A stretch of DNA of 64,000 bases from Phoronis australis (lineage: Eukaryota > Animalia > Phoronida). The stretch is from contig NMRA01000063.1 in assembly GCA_002633005.1 (NCBI GenBank), forward strand, positions 996,229-1,060,228. Reading direction: 5' to 3'. The notes under the pieces were generated by a model. It worked only from the letters and a program-made list of their open reading frames with translations. It was not told the DNA's origin and ran no database searches. Below are positions 1-13,002 of this stretch, one piece after another; the first letter of the stretch is position 1, and the number at the start of each line of letters is the position of its first letter. A program made the translations under genes and the position numbers.

Positions 1-827
1 TTCCTAGTCACTGGCCGGGATAATGAGTCAATCCGGCCGGCCGCGACGGGCCTGATCGGGCTCCGAGCCACTGGCCAGGATAACAAGCGTTTTGTGTTTA
101 AAACTCAAAAAATCACAAGTCTAAACAAAATCTAGTTTCTCCTGTCTGTATCTCACGGAAAATACTTCGAAATTATCTTCGAACAGACCCCAAACTCCTG
201 CTACGGACCTTATTGCCCTGCCGAACTTTGTAGGCTACGGTGTGTCCAAATAACAATAAATCCGTAAGAGCGAAATAAAACAACACGTTTTTATAAAAAA
301 ATCGGTGTATTCTTAAGGGTTTTACAACGAAGTTTGATAATTTATTGTTGTTAAATGATGACTTCAAGAGAGAAGCTTACACCAGTAACCCGTGTTGTGA
401 ACTGCTGAACAGACTGCGTGTGAAACCGATGACGTCATTGGATAATTTCAACGCCTCCGTCTGCCGTCAGGTGTCAGGTAACGCAACCGTACGTGTCGTT
501 ATGGAGTAGAACTACTCGATCTAAATTGATACAAATTAGGTTGTTTTTTGGGTGGCAAGTTTTAAGTTTTGTGTTATTTTATCTATAACAAAATTAACAC
601 ATGCAAGCAAAGTATGTTTTCAGTTATTGCTATCTGGATAAGAATCTGCTATGCATAAGATTCAGAATATACAATAATCAGTGTATTTCAAAACACAATG
701 GCAAACTGAACAACCACATATATACAACGGAAAAACATTATTTGTTAAAAACAATTGTAATTTTCCCAATGTAAAAGAGCCCATAATCAGTGATATCAAG
801 GGCTGACTTTCTGAATTGAGAGGTTCA

Positions 828-1722
828 ATTCCCTGAGGTTATTGCTGAAGGACTGCTTTTCACTTTGTCGAAAGGTAAAGTAGACGGTAATGCAGCTGGT
901 TTTAGTCGTTTCCTCTCATCTGTAACAGTGAAATATTTCTGCAAATTGTAAAAGAAAACACAAGATAAAACTACTTTTGTAAGGCAGAACATACTTGACA
1001 TTCCAACTTAATGTTTATATGTAGAAACTAATAATCTTTGAATTAAAATATATGAAACAGGCAAAAAGTGATTTAAGAATGTGTATTTTTCATGACACCT
1101 AAAATGTGATCCTGATCTCAACAAATAAAATTCATTCTAGATGTCAATATTTACTCCAATGCAATGTTACGAATTTACTGAATAGCTCATTCGTGCTAAT
1201 TCGGTAACTAATCTGGAAGTCCTGGGGGTGGGTTCCGCTATAAAACGAGGAAAATCACTCATCTAGAGAATTTCATTGGACGTAGCATAGTTTTGTAAAG
1301 TAACTGCTGTGAAAAAGTCACCATTGACTTCTGAGCGACACGTCCCATACACCTCTTATATTGTGAGCACTCCCACCTAGGACAGTATTTGGACATGCGC
1401 TGCTAGCCTACCATGCGGGTCCCGGGTGAGTTTCTGAAGAGAAATACTTAGTTCCACTTAATAAACCCGTTATTCAGTGAGTAACTGGTGGGGATAACAT
1501 CACTGAGCGATGTCGACAGAAACTGAATTGCTAAAAACTTACCAAACTTACCAAGTAACGTGATTATGTAGTCTCTCAATGGGAATGCATAGAGCACACA
1601 CACGGGCGTGAGGCTTCGGCATCTACACATTTTTTGTCATTTGGTGGACCATTTTGACCGCAATTCTCCACGCCTATAGTAACCTTAGGTCTTTCGGGAA
1701 CTTGTCGAAGATTTGCACCCAC
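828..1722 (-). pseudogene. Degenerate intron-containing THAP-domain gene (DNA-transposon relic)
   Basis: The minus strand reads FDKFPKDLRLL*AWRIAVK...PHARVC(S.HF)...DYIITLL. A GT-AG intron (1551-920, phase 1) follows, then DERKRLKPAALPSTLPF, resembling the THAP AVPTIF box. Stops and frameshifts are present. Confidence 0.6.
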
Positions 1723-2415
1723 GAAAATAGCACTGATAAGGCTTAGCCAGTGGCAGAGTTAGGGGGGGAAGGGCCCATGTCCCCCCTAAAATTCTCCAAG
1801 ATTCCATTTGGCAGTTCGGGGTGCGAATTGCTGACTAGCATATACGCGCACCCAGGGGTCTCGGGAGCGAATGCACAATGCATACGCCTTGAACAATCCC
1901 CGTTTTTTAATCTAGTCATAAGGTCCACAAACACAAAAACTCAGACTCCCTACATCCCTACATTTTAGGCTGGGCGCGCGCATGAGGCTGGTTATTCTTG
2001 TGCCCTGCCCCCTCCCCCCAACTCAAAATCCTAGACCTGTTAGCTTGACGACGTATTTTGATAACATTAGTCTTTTTACCAGCTGTTTACATGCAGACAG
2101 CGACGCATGCGCAATTCAATCACAACTAGTACAGCAGCGACACCGCATCGAATAGACCCTTTACAATGACATCCGTGTGAGAGGCCCTGATCAATGCATT
2201 GCCATTTTAGCGTGTCGACCTCTTCATGGGAACCTTGAGAATCCGTTTGATGATCAAATGCAATAGTACCACTGTAAGAAAGGCTAATACAGTTTGTCGC
2301 CATGTCAGACCAACAAGTGTTTTCTCCCCAAGAAATGGTCCATGAAGGTCTTTCTGCTATTCTTGTCGGAGGAAGGTTGCAAAACTGTCCTTAAAAATGT
2401 CCCGTTCTGCTTACC

Positions 2416-2875
2416 AGGAGTTTTTCTACAAGACATTTTTGGGTGTTAAATTCGTGTTACGTTGTTTTACGAAAAGATATTACATTTGTCCTAAATAAAG
2501 TTTAGGCCTTAACAGGCGTGTTTAAGTAACCGTTAGTCTGTTGTATTTACTTGTAGCTATAGTTATCTGTAGTACTTGACTACACCCGTGAACTAAAACT
2601 TTAAAAAATTAAAAGTTTATCTTGTAAAATAACCCAATCCAGTACTTCGTGTTGCTGACAGCGTACTGTGCATTTTTCAATTGTCAGGCTCTTTGCGGAC
2701 TGTCCCACTTTTTCGACTTTTCCACCATTCCGACACACCATCTAAATGTCTCGCTTTTTGACGAACAGCTAAATTGACATACTATCATATACTATCATAT
2801 ACTATTATAATTTCCCTTCCGACAAAGCCATATATTCCCGCTCGACTAAAATGGAAAAAACAAGACATTTTCTGT
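2416..2875 (+). repeat. Dispersed repeat family copy (also ~14388-14915 and ~33880-34210)
   Basis: Shared blocks AGGAGTTTTTC.ACAAGACAT.TTTGGGTGTTAAA (copies 1 and 2) and GTGTTGCTGACA.CGTAC (all three). Confidence 0.7.
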
Positions 2876-2980
2876 AGCTCGTTATGCTACAGTAGCTATA
2901 GTCTTAATCGTCACTTAATGGGCTGTTTTTTGACAGTTCATGGTATCCCAAATTTTATTAGGTATTTTCCAGGCCGACAG

Positions 2981-3080
2981 CATCCATTCGGCAGTCAGTG
3001 CATCCATTCGGCAGTCAGTGTATCCATTCGGCAGTCAGTGCATCCATTCGGCAGTCAGTGTATCCATTCGGCAGTCAGTG
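2981..3080. repeat. 20-bp tandem repeat x5
   Basis: (YATCCATTCGGCAGTCAGTG)5. Confidence 0.95.
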
Positions 3081-3107
3081 TAACGCTATTATTAATGTAA
3101 AGCAAGG

Positions 3108-3595
3108 AGTACCTCGAATATCTAATCTAGCTCAAATTTTCAATGTATGAGCTGGCTCATTTTTGGAAGTCGTTTTTGGGTTTCTGGTAGATCCTTTACA
3201 GAGTGCAATTTATCTGTCATTCGGTGTTCAGTGCGGTAATATTGTTCGTTTTAAATCAGTTTTAGCTGGTACCTTGAATATCTAATCTAGCTCAAATTTT
3301 CAATGGCATACCCTGGTTGACATTTTTTAGGGTTTCTGGCGTGCACAACCCAGAGTGCATTTTGTCTGTCATGGGGCATTTAGTGATCAGTGACATGTAT
3401 TGAATCACATGGAATTGTTTTTGTGGTATCTCGAATGTATGAGCTGGCTCATTTTTGGGGGTTTCTTTTTGGGTTTCTTGCGGACCCTTTCCAGAGTGCA
3501 ATTTGTCTGTCATGGTTCATTCGGTGTTTAGTGCGGTAATATTGCTGGTTTTAAATCAGTTTTAGCTGGTACCTCGAATATCTAGGCTTGCTCAT
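3108..3595. repeat. Diverged tandem duplication / satellite
   Basis: GTACCTCGAATATCTA recurs at ~3108, 3269 and 3569. CAGAGTGCAATTT.TCTGTCAT and GCGGTAATATTG...TTTTAAATCAGTTTTAGCTGGTACC blocks are repeated. Confidence 0.8.
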
Positions 3596-3608
3596 TTGTT
3601 GACCCCCT

Positions 3609-4770
3609 TGTAAGGTCCCCAGGCGTCGCACCCAGGTGCAGACAACGGCAGACATCCATTTCCGTATATACTGATGTGAACTCTGAGTGCTCCTATGGTC
3701 AGATACCGCGTTCATCTATGCTAAGTGCTCTGTGCTGCCGGTCTATGTCTACAACGCGCGCAATACGTCAAGTCACGCTCTGGCTAACTACGTCATCAAA
3801 AGTTTCTCTGCTGCTGCTGCTGCTGCTGTGCGTGAACTTGGAATCCTGCTTAAACTCAAGATCGCGTATGCGTGAACTAGGAGTTGAATATAATGAGATT
3901 TATGGCACTCTGACATAAATCCTATTATTTGGGCAAATACCATTATAGAGCCCTTCACCTTCATATCCAACTCTGGTTAGTTCCTACCAAGTCCGATGGT
4001 TGCGCTGTTTGTTCTTTCTCTCCAGCTTCCTGTTGGCCCACCCTCAAGCAACAGTACATTCACTCGTAAGTTTTCCTAATTAGACAAGTTTATACCTCTC
4101 CCGCCCTCCCTACCCGGGGTACCACAAAATTTCACGTCAACCGTTTTCTACCTTTACCACGCTCCATCCCTTTTGCCGAACAAAATCTGCTGTTGGTTAT
4201 TGTTGTTTTTACAGCCACTGCTGGTACCTTCTTCAAGCCCGGATCGTGTTACCGTCAGGCAAGAACCGACGTCATTGGCTAGCGACCAGACCTGTACTTG
4301 AGCGTCCATTACTGCAGCTTGCTTCTCTCCACCCCGGTCACAGCTCTCGGCACATACTGAGCCACAACACCACGTTCCTTACAATATCTCTTTTTATCAC
4401 TCCGGCTGGTCTGCTCACTCAGCTTGTCCGGAACCTGCTTTGCAGGTTGTTATAGCCCAGTTGGCTGTTTGGTGTACCCACTTGGTACTTTATATGATAT
4501 TTGCCCATTTGGCAGTTTGTACCCACTTGGTACTTGTTATTGAATTTGCCGCTTTGCTCGACCCAGTTGGTAGGCAATCGGCCAATACCCATTTGGTATT
4601 ATGTACCCATTTGGTACTATGCTAACCTGTGCCACTTAGTATCCGATACTCAGTTACACTTTGGGTATCGGAAATGTGTGTGTGTTATCTCTTGTAATTA
4701 AGGAACCCATCTGGTTCCTTCTGTGAAATATTTATTTGTTTAGAGCTGTGACCCTGAAATTCCCAATACA
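3609..4770. mobile_element. Possible solo LTR (TG...CA, ~1.16 kb) containing a hairpin array
   Basis: Begins TGTAAGG and ends CCCAATACA; composition differs from the flanks. No matching TSD, PBS or PPT seen. Confidence 0.3.
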
Positions 4771-4929
4771 ACTTAAAATATTTATTATTCTTGTTGTTTT
4801 ATTTGTCCCCAATGATTTAAGGCAAAAAGGTGAAATTTTTGTTCGGTGAAAAGAATTTTTGTAATTATGGGCCTCGCGATCAACCATTTTCTCTTTTACT
4901 GTAACTTGTGTCGCTGAACCGGAGGAATA

Positions 4930-5470
4930 TGTGAATGGCTAATTCGATAATTGTTTGGTGAAACTGATCGCCCGTAGTTGAAAACGTTGGTTAAAATTGA
5001 CATTATTTTATTCAAATGTAATTTGATTTAGTGCATTGCAAATTTTTGTGAACATTAACGTGACTATTTGAGTGAAGTTGTCAAGTTGCCTCGCGTATTC
5101 CAAGTTCACGTACAGCACTGCCCTCTGTTCCGTTAATATTCAACAGGCTACTGAAATATATAAACCACTCCAATTCAACCCGTATAGGCTTTGTTTTATA
5201 ACTTTACAAAATCTGTTAGGATTCCCCACTGACTCACATAACTCTCTTGGTTTATCGGCGAAGTATCGCTTTTTCCTCCTCTTACATAATCTTTTGAATT
5301 CATTCCAACTAGCAAGATAATTTCTCGGATCTAGGTCACTCTGAGACATCCTAAATTTTGGCAGTAGCCGCTTCTATTGTAGTTTCATCTCTTTACATTC
5401 ATTGTCAAACCATGCGGATCACGTGGTTTATTTACACGCCCGTTTTGCTTTAGTAGCATGGACCGTTCAA
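4930..5470 (-). mobile_element. LINE ORF2 fragment (endonuclease-RT linker)
   Basis: The minus strand reads WFDNECKE...YLASWNEFKRLCKRRKKRY...NPNRFCKVIK, matching the typical PWF..EC / YK...K..K linker. Confidence 0.6.
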
Positions 5471-8400
5471 CATGACCGGAGCAAGTCTACTAAGCCTTTA
5501 ACACTCTCATTTCTATATAGTACATCACATGCAATCAATTAGATATTCAGATATTTTACTTCAAACAAGGACAAGCAACTCACTAAACCAAGAACACCGT
5601 GATAAAACTCCTATTCTTAAGTCAAATTTACAATGGATTGCGTTTCCTGTGAACTTGATTCTGGTTCTTTTCTATTCCCGCGCATCCCAGATTTAATACG
5701 TTAAATAACGACGCAATGGGTTTGAGATTAACGGTGGTACGTTGGGCTCATTATATATAGCTCTACATTTACACCAGATTAACAAATACAAACATCAGTA
5801 CAGAATACCGTTCATGCGCGCAATTAGGCCCATATGCCTTTCTATACACGAAGCGGTGGATATATGCGCAAGTAGGCACATGCTCCTGAACACGAATCAT
5901 TTGAGTAAAAACAAGGAAAAGTGATGCTCCGGCTATAGTGCACCCCATTAAAAACATGCACAGCTTTTAAACTGGACTGTTAGCTGATACTTCCTACAGT
6001 CTCACGTCCGAAGGATAAAGTAAAATTTTACTGAGGGCGGCAAAACCAACTTCGCCAAGCTTTTGTCCCCCTTGGCTGCCAAATTCCAAATTCCTTCCTA
6101 TGTTTACCAATTCCACTACCCTTTATTCTCCCGGCCATCACCAATTTCGTACCCCCCACCGTAGGCGCGGGACCGTATCTCCGGGGAGGCAGCCACCATG
6201 ATATTGAGTAATCGTGTTTCAACAAAATTTCAAAGTATGAAAACGAGCCTCTTCAGTGTGGAGAAAATTCATTTCATCAAAGTCATGATTTGTAGATTAG
6301 CTTCTTATGGTAAACAACCATCTATGATTTCTGTAAACATGTAAATCAGAAGCCAACGAACTCTTGGTTATTGAAACAAAGTATACCAATTCCCGGAGGT
6401 ATGCTCGCAAGTGTCCGGGAGAACTTGTGAGACAGGGTATCCGACATGAATTTGGAGATCTTCCCACACGAAATTTTAACAATTTATTTGTGTTAATGTG
6501 AATTTTGGCTTCATTCCAGCGCTTGCTATCACAGTTTACTCTAAAATTGCTGAAATCTTTGTTAGCGAATATACTTTGAGTACCTCAGTCCGTTTGACTT
6601 GTATTCTACACATGTACAGTCATCGAAAATCGTATCTCCAATAGTCTGATCGACAAACATGACTGCTTCATCGGCAATTCTTTCTTAATAGCGATTATCA
6701 AAAGAAATGTGAGTCTATGAATTCTTTGGAAAAAGTATCGATATTTTTATTGTTATATAACTATCGGAAATATTCCCTTTGTGTACTTCACAAATAGTGT
6801 TTTTTTATTTCTTCAAACTCCCATACTTTCGATGGTTGTCTATCCCATCATTATTTTAGTTTTAATTCAATCTCATAGTTTTGGTTGTTTGGGCCGCATG
6901 TTTTGATGCTGATGTGCTTCGCATGAAGATGTCTTGTATTATTTTAGACAAATTCGAAATCTTATCAACTTATTGTGAATAGGTGGCAGTGACTAATTTA
7001 TAGAGGGAAATTTATCCGGTTCGCCTCTTGTAGAGGGGATCTCGTCTAAAAGGAGTCCGTTAATACTGAAAAAGGCTACATCATTGAAAGAATGTAAAAG
7101 AGCCAATGATCGGGTGACACTCCAACATGTGACCTTTCCTGGAGTCACTTATTCAATCATCCGGTGACCCTCCAACAAGTGACCTTTCCTGAAATGAATG
7201 GTTGCACGATTTCACAAAAACTGGAAAAGAGAGCCATGATTAAGGCTTCCTCTTCATGATCGAATGAGTTCAGCTAAAAACAAGAAAGGAGTGGCCAGCA
7301 AAGAGGCCATTAACTGACCACTCAAAGTAATCGGCCTCTACATACAACTAACCACTCAAAGTGCTCGGTCTCTACATATCAAAGTCATACAAGTTTCCAA
7401 CTTGAATCAAAAAGTAATCTACAGACAGATGACTACATTTACGCTCGCCAGCAAGGTGTCCCTGGCGAAATACAATTTTGCATTCCCTAAAGTTGTCTTC
7501 TTGAATTCAAGCATCCAGTGAACTAATTTGCTCTGAAAATCTGTGCTTAACTAATTTCATCGTATTTTTTCGAAGTACGCGTGATTAAGAGTACGTCCTC
7601 AATTGTTTTTAGACGACCTATACCGCAAAAACTGGCACCCTAACAAAAGTGTCCTGGCAAGGGCCCCCAAAGCATAAATTCAGCACTGGTAGTTAGTTGA
7701 CAAATATTCTCTTGAATTTTCTCTTTTCTACTTTTTAGTTGTGTCTCTTTTCTTGACTGCCCCTTGCCCATGACCCTCCGCCAAGGGCATGGTTTCTCTC
7801 TGGCGTCTACAAATTAGTGGGGGACATTTTTCATTCCCCTCCCCGACACCGTCCCTGCACCCAACAGCCCTGTGCCTGCAAATATGAGTTATAATTCTGC
7901 AGATGCACTGTTAAACGAAGTCGCATATTTCCACGGGCTAGGTTATGCATGATATCTGTTTTGCGTCTGCCTATACATTATCCAGGGTAGGACATGGACC
8001 TGTACAAAGTACAGCCACCTGCGTCTAAAAGCGAAACTTAGGCAAATCCGCCTCCATGCGAAAGAGTGAGTAAATACTTTTGAAACGCTTCATTTCTAAT
8101 ATAGGCGCATATATGACAAGCATGAAAGTGCTTGTCACTAGTACCCTGTCGCTTTTTACAAATCACAGGTATTTCATGCAACCCTTCTGTCGTCTGTCAA
8201 CAAAGGGTTTATTTCCAGCTTGAGTTTGAACTGAAGTCTTCTTTGAAAGGAACGTTTCCGAGCCCTCACATCTTCCCAGAGAGCGCTCACGTGACCTCGT
8301 GCTGCTGTTGGTTGATGATTTGGTTGATCTGGCGGTGCTGGATTGACGGTGCGTCGTCACCACCGAGTGATACTTGATGCGGCACGTTATGAGTCGCACT

Positions 8401-8789
8401 AGATCCGCCTACACATAAACGATGAAAATAAATGTCATTTGAAACAATTTGTTGCTAAAACCAATAAACCGAAGAGTGGAGACACCTGGAGAAGGTCAGG
8501 CAAGCGAAATGCTACACGCACACATCAACTAAGCGAATTAAAGCGTTATTACATCATGCATAAATTATTAATATGGACTTCCAAATCTGCAAATTATAAA
8601 TGCGTACTGGGTTTCGCTCGGCCTGCATGTACAGCATTGACGAGAGTGCTCGTAGAGCAAACACTTGGGAAAATTTAGTTGCCAAAAGACAAAAAGGTAA
8701 CATGATGTAAAAAAACAAAACAACTACGTGCGCCTAAATGAAGTCATTTGACCGCTTTTAATGTTCACTTTGTAACCGATTGGTAAGGT

Positions 8790-10085
8790 ACTAGCGCCAT
8801 CCATTTGCATTTATAGGAATTTGAATGCTATGCAAGTAATGTGGACCCCAAAATCATTAAATTTTGGACAACTTACGAAATATGTGCCAAAATGCAAAGT
8901 CTCAATTTTAAAGTGACCAAAACTAAACCAAACATAGGCCTATGCCTCTGTGTCTGAGATTGTGTTTGGCTGTTAATATTGTGTGGAAATGATTGTACCT
9001 TTTGGAGGTTTTGTGTGATCATTTGAACTCTTCATGTTGGTATTTTTTGTTCTTCATTGATTGCAAATGTAAAAAATATTTTACATGTTTACCTAGGGTA
9101 CACATGCTCGGTCACAAAAGTGCACTTTGGTTTTCATAGGCCTAATGAGACGCGTTATGATATCTTGAGGATAACTGATCAGACAAATGCACCCAGAGTC
9201 CAAAAAAGAGTAAAACAGGTAAATAAAAAATCGAAATAACCGCCATCGCCTCCATCTTTGAGCCGATTTTGACCAAAAACAGTTTGTTTCAAGTCATGCC
9301 AGAAACCAACGTTTTGCTAAAATTTCAAGTCAATCAAACAAAAAATGCAAAACAAAATGGCCACTATGTCCGCCATCTTGGATTCGATTTCGAGAAAAAA
9401 CGACATATGTACACAGCACCTTTAAATAATAAATCTAACAAATTTTCATTTTGATTGGCTTTTCAATAGATGTCAATAAAAACGCAAATTTCGTTTTTTT
9501 CAAAATTAAACTAAAAATAACTCCAAAACGGTAATTTCGAGAGAAAAAATATTGTGATCATTTATAAGGAATTAATTTGGAAAATGTCTTTGCAAATTTT
9601 CGTAAACAGGTAAAACCGTTTTCGAGCACTTTCGGTTAAACCAAATTGTCACGTTTTTCAGTTACGCCGCCATTTTGAACACGAAGTGGAAACAATTTTT
9701 AAAAACGAGACCTGTACGAGAAAAAATGTGTTTTGGCCGAAAACCGGGTTATCCTTACGAAATAGCGGAAATTTCCGCCATCTTGGTCAACTTGAAACTT
9801 AGCACATCGATAGATAAGGTAACTAGCATTATAAATCATAATTTTGGAGACAATGCGTCAATAAATGCATTTTTGGGATTTTTTTTGTATATTTTTGGAC
9901 ACAAAATGACCACCACAGTCGCCACCTTGGATCCAATATTTGCCAAAACAACAAATTTATGAAAATTTCATGTCAATCGGTTGAGAAATGCCACCTATAG
10001 AGTGCGAACAAAAAAAAAACAAAAAAACAAACAAACATAAAGAAAGCGGCAACATTATTGGGAAAAATTTCCCCTAGTAATAACG
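8790..10085 (+). repeat. Non-autonomous internally repetitive element (HINE/Helentron-like inferred)
   Basis: Repeated CGCCAT(C/T)TTG and AAATTTCA...AATC blocks, an A/ACAA microsatellite and a terminal hairpin ATTATTGGG...CCCTAGTAAT. Confidence 0.4.
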
Positions 10086-11142
10086 CCAATGGAATTCTCA
10101 GTCTGTTATTTGTTGTTAGCGAGTTTGGGTTTTACTCGTTAACGCGTTATGTGAACGGATAAATTTTGACACTACTGTCCCTGAGCCAACGAACATTCGC
10201 AGTCACAAGATGACGTCACGGATTCCGAGCATGGCAGGCATGCATTGTGCGGACGTGAGAATCTCGCGAAAACGTAAGATTACGTAAGACTTTGCGAGAT
10301 ATCGCAACGCATCACAGGTGAAACACGTGATCACGATAGCTTTTCTCATGAAATTCGTGCTTTTAAGGACGTAACCCGGGTTGGTTGCTTAGAGTTGTTT
10401 GAATAGTGGTAGATACGTCCCCTGGACCTGTTCATTTACATGTGAACGTGATTCAGATTCTGGCAGAAACAAAAAATAAAGTACAAAATCCGTTACTTTT
10501 GATTTGCCAATTTAAATGCCGTTTTGTGTATCAGTACTCGAAACTTCGCGTCTCGAATGCTATTACGCCTTGATACAACTGAGATTCGTAGACCGTGCGG
10601 ACTTCCAATATTGCGCCATTGATAAGGACTGTGCCCGATATGGCTATTTCGGCACAAACCATTGACGACGCCATTAAACGCAGGTGTAGCACACCACTCT
10701 TGTCCTCGCTTTTTCTGTCTGTGTTTAAAATAACAGACGTTGCCGACTTGTTTACAATTAAACAAGAGGGTGACGAAACGTCATTTTCTTCAGGCACTCA
10801 AAATAAAATGGCGACGAGACGCCCTTTTTTCACTTGGTCCTCCCTGGGGGTGTGACCTTGTCTTGGCAACTCCGCAGCACCTCCAAAGAAACCTCAAAAA
10901 GATATCGCCGAGCAACACATACAACTACTGATAACAAGTAGACAAGTCAGTTTGTTTGAAGTTAATCAGGTGTGTCAGTGGCCCAGGCAGTTATCATAAT
11001 CCAAGATTAACATTTAGTATGTGGTGATTAAACCAAGGGGATGCAAAATTCAACAGGATGTGTACTACGTAAGCACATAACGGATAATAATGAACGAAAA
11101 CATCACCCAAAGCACAGAAATTGTTTTCCAGTATTCTGTAGT

Positions 11143-11487
11143 CTAAAGATGGAAACAATAAGTAAAAGGTGTTCTTTTTGACATTGGTTTCGGGTTCGCC
11201 TCTCTGCGGGCGTGAGCTATTGATCTGGAACAAATAAACGACCGCTGGCATGACAGGGATTTATCGTACTCGACTCCCTTGTAACATTCACGCTGCTTCA
11301 GTCTTTTTTGTTTCATCGTGCTTACTTGTTGATACGACCGTGAAATAACTGTGTTATCTCCGGCTCGTTTAAACTGGCTTGCGAATGGATGCATAATAAG
11401 CCACCTGTGTGCTTTCGTGACATTACAGCTAGTGTCAGAGAAGTCATGGTTGTTGAATTGCGGAGAACAAAGGAAATAATCTAGACC
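11143..11487 (-). CDS. Candidate final exon (C-terminal tail) of the GPCR
   Basis: Pyrimidine-rich acceptor ...aactgaactttag| followed by a 115-codon phase-0 open frame (GLDYFLCSPQ...CFHL*), compatible with the exon-3 donor. No conserved motif confirms it. Confidence 0.3.
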   Translation of the reverse strand, partial: GLDYFLCSPQFNNHDFSDTSCNVTKAHRWLIMHPFASQFKRAGDNTVISRSYQQVSTMKQKRLKQRECYKGVEYDKSLSCQRSFICSRSIAHARREANPKPMSKRTPFTYCFHL

Positions 11488-12612
11488 CTAAAGTTCAGTT
11501 GAAGTGCAAGTAAGATAATAGCGGTTATTATTCGACAGCCGTGGTCTATGGTTGGCCAAATAGCCACAAAAACGTACTTATTGCGTTTTGAATTACGGAC
11601 GTATTCCAATTATTACACGCGTAATTTTGAAAACAATTAAGAAACGAGCTTTGTTTAATTAGGAATGTTCTTGCTAAGCCCAGGGGATGTTTCCGGCAAT
11701 ACATGAGTGCAACTGACGCAAATTTCCGTCTCCAGCAATGCTCATATCTGTACAGTTTGGCGAGGTTACTTTTATAAAGATAAATCAGAATAAAAATAAT
11801 TGTCTCCCTTATTACCCGGATAGAAAAGAAAATAATGTGGGTGACATGAATGCCCTCTTATTGTTTCGTTAGCATAAAAATCCATAGTCTTATTAAACTG
11901 TGAATATACAATTGAAGTACTAATTTACATACAACCCCGGGTCCTCCAGTGTGCTGGAAACCATCCGAGAACCAGTTTCCTTACCATTACAATTTCGCGA
12001 AAGTTTCGTTTTGCGACACTATTTTTATGTAAACGAATATGGTGATATTTCATCGTTACCTTAATGAAACAAGGCACAATTTAGTATTTGTTTATTTCAC
12101 TATCAAATAACGATTGCATAATATTTGGAATTATTAAGTTTTTGATATCTTCACACTTGTTTTCAAGTGTATCAGTTTTGGTGTTCTCTTTAAAACCGCA
12201 GTTTATTTACAAACTATTTCTTTTCCTGATTGTACTTGTATTCAGAGTTCTCCAGAAAGTCGACGGGTGGCTACTTTAGAGTCAACTCCACGAGATGTCA
12301 CGTGGCTATGTTTTCAACATCAACATAAGCTAATGGTTCACACTCCTCGGAGTCCGTCACTTCAGAACATTGGCTAGACAGGTTTACACTATCAGGATAG
12401 TGCATACCCATCGTGATTCCGAGTGTTTCCCCAGCGGAGCGTGTGTATGAGCCATCCTGAATGACCTCGAGTCTGAAGGAGTGGTTCTTCGTAAAGGCGA
12501 AGGCAACCGTTTTATGTCATTTTCAGTGAACATAAGATTCGTTGATTATCCCAGACATATGCTTCAGTTAATTACAGGCTTTGGTAATTTAATTGATTAC
12601 TCGTCCCCTACT

Positions 12613-12625
12613 CCGGAAGTGACGT
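12613..12625 (+). promoter_or_regulatory. ETS-CRE composite motif upstream of THAP ORF
   Basis: CCGGAAGTGACGT about 100 bp 5' of the THAP ATG at 12726. Confidence 0.35.
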
Positions 12626-12725
12626 TTAGGGAGTCAAGAATTTCGTTTTCATATAGTCTGACTGTGTTCTACCTGGGTTGTGATAAGTTCTGTCGTCGTT
12701 TGCTTTTGTTTACAAGTTATTCAAC

Positions 12726-13002
12726 ATGCCGCACAATTGCTGCGTACCGGGATGTACTCATTATTATCTCACGCGCACTCTGGGTGTACCATTACATCGC
12801 TTTCCGAAAGATTGCACACTTCGCTGTACTTGGCTCGTTCGTGACAAGAACGCAGAACTACCAGTCCACGCAACGTACAAAGCAGAGGAGAATTGCCGAG
12901 TGTGTGGCAAGCATTTTCTGCCGTCGGATTACGAGAGATATGTACGCTGAATTGATGAAACTCCCCGCAAAACAACGCCTGAAGAAGGGTGCCAGACCGT
13001 AG
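12726..13002 (+). pseudogene. THAP zinc-finger domain relic (C2CH), truncated
   Basis: MPHNCCVPGC...LHRFPKD...RCTWL...RVCGKHFLPSDY, then a stop. A frameshifted RLKKGARP corresponds to the THAP C-terminal box. Confidence 0.8.
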
